From positions 2,720,001 through 2,784,000 of the forward strand of contig OZ244197.1 in assembly GCA_965216785.1 (NCBI GenBank): 64,000 nucleotides of DNA, written 5' to 3'. Numbering within the stretch: position 1 is the first letter of the stretch; each line of letters starts with the position of its first letter. Made by a program: the position numbers and the translations under genes. The stretch is from Thermodesulfobacteriota bacterium (GTDB lineage Bacteria > Desulfobacterota_D > UBA1144 > Nemesobacterales > UBA2774). Positions 1 through 7,938 of this stretch are shown here, one piece after another. Below the pieces are notes generated by a model. That model saw nothing but the letters and a program-made list of their open reading frames with translations. It was not told the origin of the DNA and did no database searches.

Positions 1-1762
1 CTTCGACCGTGCCGTTATTGCGGACAATCTTTTCCTCCCCAACTTTTGCGGCATTGGGGTTTACGCTCATCGTAGCCGGGTTCCAACCCACCTCGGGATA
101 TACGATATAAGGATCGAGCTTATCGGCCTTCACCATTTGCACGTAGTGGGGCTCACCCACTCCGATAGGCATATCGTAAAGGAGCTGCATTTTATCGCCC
201 GATACGTCTATAAGCTGGAAGTTCTGAGGAAGAAGCGGCCCTACAGGACTAAAGCGGTCTATCGACCATTTGTTCAAGGCAACGCAGTATTTACCGTCAG
301 GAGACACAGTATCGCCCTCGGCGCAGACCGTATGCCCTATGTTATAGTGAACAGGGATCTTCTCTGTCAGCGTCCACGCTTCCTCACCCTCATTGTAAGG
401 AGGGCCTAGCTTCCACTTAGCAAGGGTGCTTTCGATAAATACGCTCGTATAGGCGTTACCGTCTGCATCAAACTGAGTGTGCAGCGGCCCCAGACCAATC
501 TCCAGCTGTGCGGCAACTACGTCGTTGTAGTTAAGTATCGGCACACCGTAGGGGTCTTCACCCTCAAAATTTTTGTCTTTAATCGCGGTTTGAATCTTAT
601 CGAACCCGTATATAGTTGCGTGTGTATCCAGTTTTCCGGATACGACAAGATAATCTCCTCCGGGTGCTACATCTACACCGTGAGGACTCTTGGGCTCCGG
701 TATAAAGTATAAGAGCCCTTCCTCTATCGCTACATCTAGGGGTATTACATTTGCTCCGCTTATCTCTTTTGTTTTTCCAGACTTGGCTACCTGAATAGCT
801 TTCTCCAAGTTAACCACGTGCATGTAATCCATATCCCTCTGTGACACGCCAGCTTCAAATGGAGGATTACCGGACTCGATTCCGCCCGTGGCGAGCTCAG
901 TGTTTATCGAGTTACAGAATACCCATCCCTCACTTACCTTCTTACCTGCATCACAAAGGTCCTGCCAATAGGGCGGCAATTCCATCTGGAAGCTTTCTGA
1001 CTCTATGATACGCCCCTTATCGCGGTCGAATTTATGGAATACGATAAGTCCCCGGTACTTATCCTGATATTCATCAAGTGGCGCGAATTCATGAAACGGC
1101 AGCGGTGTTCCGTATTGCGAGGCCTGGATTATCCACTCCGTATCAGGTGTAACAAAAGTAGATCCGTGATCCGATATAAGGTTAGGCGTCTTCACCATCT
1201 GCTTGGTCTCAAAGTCCCTTAAGTCGATAACGGCGACTCTTGCGTTAGCTTTATCATTAATAAACAGCCATTCACCGTCGTACTCTCCGTCCGTTTCGCT
1301 GAGCGCAGGGTGGTGCGTATCTGCCCAGCTCAGTTCTCTGTCAGTACCGATAGGCATATAACCCGATTTCAAAATACTTTCCGATTCCTCTGAGCCGTAC
1401 CCAAACCCCTGCCAGGGCTCCGGCGTGAATGCTGCGATAACTTTCAGAAGACGCATCGAAGGCACGCCTATTACATATACCTGACCCGAATGTCCCCCTG
1501 ATGAGAACATAATATAATCGTCGTGCTTACCCGAAGGCACATATGTTTTAAGAGCCGCGGTAATATTTTCAGGCGTAAGCCCTCTTTCCTTGGCTATTTC
1601 CTGCGCATCCTGAGGCAACCCTCCGTTTTGCTTGGCTGCAGAGGATGTATCTTGTTTACTGCCTGTCTCCTGCTCGCCGCCAGAGCTACACGAAATCATT
1701 AACCCTGCGGCAAATAACGAAAGAAGCAAAGTACTAAATAACCAAACTTTCCCTTTATTCAT
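1..1762 (-). CDS. nosZ: Nitrous-oxide reductase, clade II (Sec-dependent, lipoprotein signal); 3' end runs off the window
   Basis: Missing from the ORF track because it is open at the edge. Manual translation from ATG 1762 (RBS GGAGG): MNKGKVWLFSTLLLSLFAAGLMISC..FSSGGHSGQVYVIGVPSMRLLK..WADTHHPALSETDGEYDG..LGLGPLHTQFD..GEPHYVQ..IVRNNGTVE. These are NosZ CuZ His motifs. No twin-arginine motif. Confidence 0.97.
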   Translation of the reverse strand, partial: MNKGKVWLFSTLLLSLFAAGLMISCSSGGEQETGSKQDTSSAAKQNGGLPQDAQEIAKERGLTPENITAALKTYVPSGKHDDYIMFSSGGHSGQVYVIGVPSMRLLKVIAAFTPEPWQGFGYGSEESESILKSGYMPIGTDRELSWADTHHPALSETDGEYDGEWLFINDKANARVAVIDLRDFETKQMVKTPNLISDHGSTFVTPDTEWIIQASQYGTPLPFHEFAPLDEYQDKYRGLIVFHKFDRDKGRIIESESFQMELPPYWQDLCDAGKKVSEGWVFCNSINTELATGGIESGNPPFEAGVSQRDMDYMHVVNLEKAIQVAKSGKTKEISGANVIPLDVAIEEGLLYFIPEPKSPHGVDVAPGGDYLVVSGKLDTHATIYGFDKIQTAIKDKNFEGEDPYGVPILNYNDVVAAQLEIGLGPLHTQFDADGNAYTSVFIESTLAKWKLGPPYNEGEEAWTLTEKIPVHYNIGHTVCAEGDTVSPDGKYCVALNKWSIDRFSPVGPLLPQNFQLIDVSGDKMQLLYDMPIGVGEPHYVQMVKADKLDPYIVYPEVGWNPATMSVNPNAAKVGEEKIVRNNGTVE

Positions 1763-1791
1763 GACTTACTACCTCCCTTGCGTTAATTACT

Positions 1792-2172
1792 TTATTTACT
1801 TTTCGAATCTTCATATTTGAGATAAACAATGATCTCGTCTACTTCCTCGTCCGTAAGGCCCTGGTTCGGCATAGGGACGAAGTATTCTTTAAGCATCTCT
1901 TTTGCTATCGGGTCTGTCATAATCATCGTATCCGGACTCTTTAGCCACTTCTTAAGCCACTCCTCTTCTCTTCTTTCCGTTACACCTGCAAGATCAGGTC
2001 CCGAGAGCTTACCTCCCCCGATTGTATGGCATGCCGGACAACCCTTTTCTTTAAATACAGCCTCTCCCTTCTCTGCGCTTTTACTATCTTCACTATATGC
2101 GGGGTTCTGTAGCAAGATTGCCGAAATTACGACTAAAAAAGTGATTGTTAAAGAATATAAAACCAGTCTCAT
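1792..2172 (-). CDS. Periplasmic monoheme cytochrome c upstream of nosZ
   Basis: Signal peptide, CPACH heme motif, GPDL, distal Met (PMPNQ); RBS GGAGGG. Confidence 0.92.
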   Translation of the reverse strand: MRLVLYSLTITFLVVISAILLQNPAYSEDSKSAEKGEAVFKEKGCPACHTIGGGKLSGPDLAGVTERREEEWLKKWLKSPDTMIMTDPIAKEMLKEYFVPMPNQGLTDEEVDEIIVYLKYEDSKSK

Positions 2173-2213
2173 CCTATTCCCTCCGTAGCTAAACGAATAT
2201 TATCCAATACATG

Positions 2214-2230
2214 AGCAAAATAGGTGCCAA
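2214..2230 (-). promoter_or_regulatory. sigma54 -24/-12 promoter of cytochrome c-nosZ
   Basis: Minus strand reads TTGGCAC-CTATT-TTGCT, matching TGGCAC-N5-TTGCW. Confidence 0.85.
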
Positions 2231-2411
2231 GCCGAAGCCCTACTATTCATTGAATTTTAATATTGTAAGAAATGTCAGATGTCTTGTATTCGTACACTTA
2301 ATAAATGTAAATGTAAGTTGCTTCTTTTCTCTGCACAGAAGCAAACCTGCCCTGTTTAAGTATGTTTTAGTTTTTACTAAGAGATAGCGCGTTAAATAGC
2401 AGAGAAATAGT

Positions 2412-2448
2412 AAAAAAAATAGGGCATCCATCCTGAGGATGCCCTATT
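2412..2448 (-). terminator. Intrinsic terminator after the beta-barrel gene
   Basis: AATAGGGCATCC/GGATGCCCTATT stem followed by a T-tract on the minus strand. Confidence 0.8.
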
Positions 2449-2494
2449 GGTTGAGAGGGAGAAGCCTGTTTAGGCTTCTGGAGAAAATGAGAGA

Positions 2495-3346
2495 TTAGAA
2501 TCTAAACCCTAGTCTTCCACCGTAGGTTCCAAAAGAGCCGTTATTTCTGTCTACGTAGTTATAACGTCCTTCTGCGCCTACGAATATCTTTTTCGTGATA
2601 TTAAAATCAATTCCGCCTCCCAGATGAAGTCCCAACTCAGCACTGCCCTGTCCTGACGGGTAACCTCGCTTCTGCAGAACACCGGGCTGTGGTGCGATAC
2701 CACCCACCTGACTTCCCGGATCACTCTTGTTAAGAAAGATGTTAAACCCAGGTCCACCCATTACGAAGGGCTGAACAATATGGTGAGCTTCCACTTTATA
2801 TTTCAATCCGAGCAGGATTGTGACTGTATCCAGCGTAACACTGGTTTGAGTCGGTAAAGCACCTGGTGAGAGGGCATTTACAGTCGGCTCGAACGTTAGG
2901 TCATCATCAGTTCTAGCCCATCCTATATTAATCAGACCCATCAGTTTTCCAGGTCCTAAATTCTTGTACAGCGGCAATCCAAGCTCACCCGCCATATAAA
3001 AGCCGGTGCCTGTCTTGAAGGGTCCAGTCTGAGCTCCGATTACCATTGCGAACTCAGCTCCCAACGGCTGTTGCCCTTTCCTGGAGATAAAATCCTGTAT
3101 TTTGGCCTCAGATTCCTGCATCTGGGCCTGACTGGCTGCTTTTTCGTTCTCCAGCTGTTCTATCCTCTGCATCAACAATTCATTCTGTCTGCGGTTCTCC
3201 TCATTTTGCCTGTTGTTTTGCTCAATCATCTGTTTGAGCTCCTGTATTTGCTGATCGCTTGCGGCATGAGCATCATAAGACATTAAGCCCAGCGGTCCGG
3301 CTAACAACATAAGCAACGCAAACGCTAATAAGAATGTTCTTGGCAT
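2495..3346 (-). CDS. Outer-membrane beta-barrel protein (OmpW/OmpA-like) with N-terminal coiled coil
   Basis: Signal peptide (AHA), Q/E/N-rich heptad segment, amphipathic beta strands, C-terminal GGRLGFRF. Confidence 0.8.
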   Translation of the reverse strand: MPRTFLLAFALLMLLAGPLGLMSYDAHAASDQQIQELKQMIEQNNRQNEENRRQNELLMQRIEQLENEKAASQAQMQESEAKIQDFISRKGQQPLGAEFAMVIGAQTGPFKTGTGFYMAGELGLPLYKNLGPGKLMGLINIGWARTDDDLTFEPTVNALSPGALPTQTSVTLDTVTILLGLKYKVEAHHIVQPFVMGGPGFNIFLNKSDPGSQVGGIAPQPGVLQKRGYPSGQGSAELGLHLGGGIDFNITKKIFVGAEGRYNYVDRNNGSFGTYGGRLGFRF

Positions 3347-3387
3347 CCTTCTATACCTCCTCTTGGTTTTTTATAAATCAGACAAAG

Positions 3388-3404
3388 AGCAATCCAGATG
3401 CCAA
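3388..3404 (-). promoter_or_regulatory. sigma54 -24/-12 promoter of the beta-barrel gene
   Basis: Minus strand TTGGCAT-CTGGA-TTGCT. Confidence 0.8.
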
Positions 3405-3617
3405 ATAATAATATTAAATGATTTAAGATGTTTAGAGATTTAGATATTGTGAGGTGTACGTCTTAAAACAATACATCTGACATGTGAAGTCTCTTGAAAA
3501 GACTTTCACAATAAAAACAATGAGCATTTGCGAAGAACACTTAATACTGACGAACAATTGCTAATAATAGTGTCAATTGAGGGTTAGAATATTAATAAAA
3601 TGCGATCGTCGGTAGGC

Positions 3618-4973
3618 TTAATCAATCTCATAAAGCTTTAGCTTTCTATAGAGAGTGTCTCTTGAAATACCCAGCATCTCCGCAGCTTTTGATTTGTTGC
3701 CGCTGGCCTCACGGAGCGCTTGCTCAAAGGCATATTTTTCAAGCTTATCCAATGAAAGCATCTGATGTCCGCTTGCTTTAGGCTCATGCCATAAAAGGTT
3801 GGCCTTTAGGTCCTTAAGTGTTATTTCTTCTTTGTCTTGAGGGCATACGGCAACAATGCCTTCTATCAGATTCTCAAGCTCCCTGATATTGCCGGGAAAC
3901 GCGTAGCTGTAGAGTGAATTTAAAGCTCCTTCAGATAAGCCCTTTATGTTCTTTGAATACTTCATGTTAAACCTTCCGAGAAAGGTCTCTACGAGAAGGG
4001 GAATATCCCCTTTTCTTCCGCTTAATGGTGGAAGCTCAATCACTATCACCGCAAGTCTGAAAAAGAGGTCGTCCCTCAAATACTTATTTTTTAACTCTTC
4101 AATCGAGTGGTTGCTGGCAGCTATTACCCTCACGTCAAGAGGCACTTCCTCTGTATGACCGATAGGGCGTACCTTATACTCCTCGAGTACTCTGAGAAGC
4201 CTGACCTGAAGGTCTTTGGGCATCTCCCCGATTTCATCAAGGAATATAGTCCCTTTGTTTGCAGCGATAAATAAGCCCTCATGGTCTTTCACCGCACCGG
4301 TAAATGCGCCTTTTTTATAACCGAAAAGCTCGGACTCCAGTAGTTCCTTAGGTATAGCACCGCAGTTTACGGCAATAAAAGGCTCACCCGACCTCTCACC
4401 TTTAACGTGTATGGCTTTCGCAAGAAGCTCCTTACCCGTACCGGTTTCCCCTACTATAAACACCGGGGCATCGCTCCTTGCCGCCGCGGTTGCCTTTTCA
4501 AATACCGCCTTCATACCCTTTGAGCTGCTTATTATGCTCTCAAAACCGAATTTATCTGAAATAATCTGCTTGAGCTCGCCAACCTTACCCTCAAGCTCGT
4601 GTTTTTTCCGCAGCACTTGGAGCTTCTTAAGGAGCACTTCTTTATCAAAGGGTTTGGTAATAAAGTCAGATGCGCCTCTCTTAATAGCCTCAACCGCTGT
4701 CTGCACCGTGCCCTGTCCGGTAACTATTATCACCGTCATTTCGGAAGACGCCTCTTTTAACTTCTCAAGAAGCGTGAAGCCGTCCATCATAGGCATCACT
4801 AAATCTAAAAGCGCAAGGTTAATACCCGAGGTAACGCTAGCCTTCTCGAGCGCCTCCTTTCCAGAGTACGCGGTAACCACACCGTAACCACTGCGCTCCA
4901 AAAGCTCCCTTACTGCATCCACAAATTCAGGATCGTCATCAACAACTAACACTTTGTATTCAGATTTTTTCAA
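3618..4973 (-). CDS. sigma54-dependent response regulator (NtrC/AtoC family: REC-AAA+-Fis HTH)
   Basis: Receiver (VVDDD, LLDLVMP), Walker A GETGTGKE, GAFTGA, FLDEIGEM, C-terminal HTH. Confidence 0.96.
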   Translation of the reverse strand: MKKSEYKVLVVDDDPEFVDAVRELLERSGYGVVTAYSGKEALEKASVTSGINLALLDLVMPMMDGFTLLEKLKEASSEMTVIIVTGQGTVQTAVEAIKRGASDFITKPFDKEVLLKKLQVLRKKHELEGKVGELKQIISDKFGFESIISSSKGMKAVFEKATAAARSDAPVFIVGETGTGKELLAKAIHVKGERSGEPFIAVNCGAIPKELLESELFGYKKGAFTGAVKDHEGLFIAANKGTIFLDEIGEMPKDLQVRLLRVLEEYKVRPIGHTEEVPLDVRVIAASNHSIEELKNKYLRDDLFFRLAVIVIELPPLSGRKGDIPLLVETFLGRFNMKYSKNIKGLSEGALNSLYSYAFPGNIRELENLIEGIVAVCPQDKEEITLKDLKANLLWHEPKASGHQMLSLDKLEKYAFEQALREASGNKSKAAEMLGISRDTLYRKLKLYEID

Positions 4974-6526
4974 CTCAGAGCCTCCGCATTCAAAATTGGG
5001 AGCTTAATCAGCACAGTAGTACCGCTATCGACTTTACTGCTTATACTGATTTCTCCCCCGTGATCTATAATAATCCTTTTAGCCACCGAGAGACCAAGAC
5101 CGGTCCCCTTACCGGCAGGCTTTGTAGTATAAAAAGGTTCAAACACATGTGGTATCGTTTCCTGAGCAATTCCATGGCCCTTATCGCTAATCTTAACCTC
5201 AGCAGTATCATTATCAGAGCCGCTGAAAGCGGTGACAGATATGACCCCGCCCCCTGGCATGGCGTCAACCGCATTCATCAGAGTGTCCGAGAAAACAAGG
5301 TGCATAAGATTACTGTCCGCAAGCACACTCAGGTCCTCCGGAGTATTAAGCTCGACTGAAATCTTATTCTTTTTAAGAAGGGGCCTGATTATCTCAACAG
5401 ATTCGCTTAGTAGCTCAGATAAACTCTCAGGGCGTTTTTCACTCCCAGGCTTACTGACAAATTTAAGAAGCCTCTGTATTACTTTCTGTCCATATAAAAT
5501 CTGCTTTTCAATCGAATCAAGCTTCTTACCTACGTTTTCACAGTCCGGTATATCCGGCACATCTTCCTTTAACATCTGAACTCTGAGCAGCATTGACGCA
5601 AGCGGGGTCCCCATGTGGTGGGCAAATCCCTCTGACATTTTTCCGATAATCTGAGATTTCTCAAGATCGATTATCCTTTGCCTAATCAAAAGTCTTTCAC
5701 TAATATCCCTTATTGTTATTATAAATTTGCCGTGATCACTACTTGTGTAAACAAGGCTGGCGCTGACAGATATTCTCTTTCCCCCGCTCCCGATTATCTC
5801 TGTTTCGATGTCCGTTATCTTATCTCCTTCCCTAGCCCTGCCAAGTGTTTTTGAAAAACCGTCTCTGTTCTCAGGTGTGATAATGTCCCATATTTCTCGT
5901 ATTTCTCTCCCCCCAGCGCATAAGAGCTTATTCGCCCTTTTATTACAAGTCTCAATCGTTCCTTCATTATCAAATACGATTATCGCGTCTGCCGTATTGT
6001 CCATTATCTCATGGAGCCTTTCTTCCCTTTCCACAAGGAGTTCTTCTGTGCGCTTGCGTTCTGTAATATCGATGACCGTGCCAATAACGACTATTCCCCG
6101 TTCGGTCATTAAGGGGTTGAGACCAATTTCAACCGGTATTTCCGTACCGTCTTTATGCCTTGCGAAAAGATCTCGTCCCCGGCCCATCATTTTCGCTTCA
6201 GGGTCCTTAATATAGTTTTTGTGATATGTAGCGTGGCTCTTGGAGAACCTCTCAGGCACCAGCTTCTCCACGGGCTGTCCCAAAAGCTCGGTTCGGTCGT
6301 AACCGAACATTTTCTCCATCTGCGGGTTAATGTACAGGATATTTCCTTTCTGATCGGTCATCAACATACCGTTTGGCGCCGATTCAACAATCATGCGTAG
6401 TATGTCCTCAGAGACATACCCGCTTTCTTTTTTTTGGTTCCGCGATCCTTTCAATGCGCCCGTGCTTTTACTCATTTTTTCTCCGAGCTTTTTCTCAACC
6501 TTATTAATATCTTTACCGCGTTTCAT
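4970..6526 (-). CDS. Cytoplasmic PAS-PAS sensor histidine kinase
   Basis: Two PAS domains, H-box FAHHMGTPL, N/G1/F/G2 boxes (NAVDA, DKGHG, FEPFYTTK, GTGLGL); overlaps the regulator start by 4 nt. Confidence 0.95.
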   Translation of the reverse strand: MKRGKDINKVEKKLGEKMSKSTGALKGSRNQKKESGYVSEDILRMIVESAPNGMLMTDQKGNILYINPQMEKMFGYDRTELLGQPVEKLVPERFSKSHATYHKNYIKDPEAKMMGRGRDLFARHKDGTEIPVEIGLNPLMTERGIVVIGTVIDITERKRTEELLVEREERLHEIMDNTADAIIVFDNEGTIETCNKRANKLLCAGGREIREIWDIITPENRDGFSKTLGRAREGDKITDIETEIIGSGGKRISVSASLVYTSSDHGKFIITIRDISERLLIRQRIIDLEKSQIIGKMSEGFAHHMGTPLASMLLRVQMLKEDVPDIPDCENVGKKLDSIEKQILYGQKVIQRLLKFVSKPGSEKRPESLSELLSESVEIIRPLLKKNKISVELNTPEDLSVLADSNLMHLVFSDTLMNAVDAMPGGGVISVTAFSGSDNDTAEVKISDKGHGIAQETIPHVFEPFYTTKPAGKGTGLGLSVAKRIIIDHGGEISISSKVDSGTTVLIKLPILNAEALS

Positions 6527-6611
6527 ATTACTTCTTTATTCCATACCAATAGATACATTAATGAGATTATCACCTTCCCTCTTTGCTTACAATTCAGGCG
6601 TCTAACTATCA

Positions 6612-7193
6612 CTACTTCGAAAACATAGTGTAATAAAACTCAAACCTCCTGTCCCAATTCTCAAGATTATATGAGGCAATGATCAAGTCCTTAGTGACCC
6701 CTTCCTTTTCGTCTTCTATATACGAGTTTAGTACCGTTTCCGGCTCAAACCCGTAATGGCTTAGAATTTTTGAAAAACTCGGGTTACCCATAACGTACCT
6801 TACAATTATTTTTCTGAAATTCTTGCTTATCCCTTCATTCAGAAGCAGATGGAACATCTGTGAGCCCAAGCCGAGTCCCCTATAATCCGGGTGCACAAGA
6901 AGCTTTATCTCCGCAGCGTTCGACCAATATAGTCCCTCGTTATGAAGCGTTCCCTTAGCGACTATCTCAGAGTCTTTAACACAAACCAGCTGGACTAACT
7001 TGTTGTAGCTAGGGCTTGTAAACCAGCTCTCTACAGATTCCCGCGTCGATACGTCGTCCTTATACATCAGCATATCGTAACGGGGAATTTTCAAAAAGAA
7101 TCCGTAAAGAGCCTCTGTATCCTGCGGTTCAAGCAGCCTAGCGGTTATAGTTGTACCGTCCTTAAGCTTAAGTTCTTTGGGATACTCGGCCAT
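6612..7193 (-). CDS. GNAT-family N-acetyltransferase
   Basis: Acetyl-CoA motif VHPDYRGLGLGS; N-terminal LKDGTTITARLL; ATG 7193 preferred over TTG 7199. Confidence 0.85.
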   Translation of the reverse strand: MAEYPKELKLKDGTTITARLLEPQDTEALYGFFLKIPRYDMLMYKDDVSTRESVESWFTSPSYNKLVQLVCVKDSEIVAKGTLHNEGLYWSNAAEIKLLVHPDYRGLGLGSQMFHLLLNEGISKNFRKIIVRYVMGNPSFSKILSHYGFEPETVLNSYIEDEKEGVTKDLIIASYNLENWDRRFEFYYTMFSK

Positions 7194-7207
7194 ATCCAAA
7201 AATAAAT

Positions 7208-7223
7208 TGCAATATATGTACCA
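7208..7223 (-). promoter_or_regulatory. Candidate sigma54 promoter of the GNAT-kinase-regulator operon
   Basis: Minus strand TGGTAC-ATATA-TTGCA. Confidence 0.65.
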
Positions 7224-7483
7224 TATGTATATTTCTCTGACATATTATATATCCACCTCCGAAACCGGCATAACACATACGAATCATTAAATATAATCAA
7301 CAGAACAGGAATTATTGCTCAGAGATACTAATATACTTGAGAATCAATATGTGCACGAATATCTGACACCTTACAAAATTTTCAACCTGCAATTTTATAT
7401 TCATCTATCTTCATAAAAATACCACTTGCTATCACACATCCCTGTAATGTATCTTTGGACTATTCAATTAAGATGGTGTTAGG

Positions 7484-7888
7484 ATGAAAATCGTAGTGAG
7501 CAAAATAATTGTAGTGATCATAATAGCGCTGGGGGCAATCGGCGGTTGCGGAAGTGACTGCGGATTTAACCTGAGCGCAATCCTAAACGGCCCGAGTCCA
7601 AGTCAGGAACTGTCTCAGTGGAACTGCGTAGGCTCGAGAGACGGGCAGTCTGTTCCCGAATTCGTCATACAATTTTTCGGTGACGGCACCGGGTTTAATG
7701 ACGCTACAGGTCCGTTTATTTATAACCGTACGGGGTGCAGAAGCTTAAGCTACGAATCGGACACAGATGAAGCTATCATCACGAACCTTCAGGGCTCTAT
7801 CCCATCCGGCATACTTATCTTCGATCAATCCTCCACAGTAGCGGAGCAGGACGGTATACAGGGAGCATGTACTCCTGAGTTCTTCTAG
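7484..7888 (+). CDS. Hypothetical lipoprotein
   Basis: Hydrophobic signal ending IGGC; Cys-containing mature part. Confidence 0.75.
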   Translation: MKIVVSKIIVVIIIALGAIGGCGSDCGFNLSAILNGPSPSQELSQWNCVGSRDGQSVPEFVIQFFGDGTGFNDATGPFIYNRTGCRSLSYESDTDEAIITNLQGSIPSGILIFDQSSTVAEQDGIQGACTPEFF

Positions 7889-7938
7889 CTTTACCATATT
7901 TAGAACGGCTTTCCATACCCGGCCTTAAACCAATTTGG

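Noticed and set aside
137-1820. Short + strand ORFs in the ORF track
   Set aside because: They are antisense shadows of nosZ, which the track missed because it is open at the window edge
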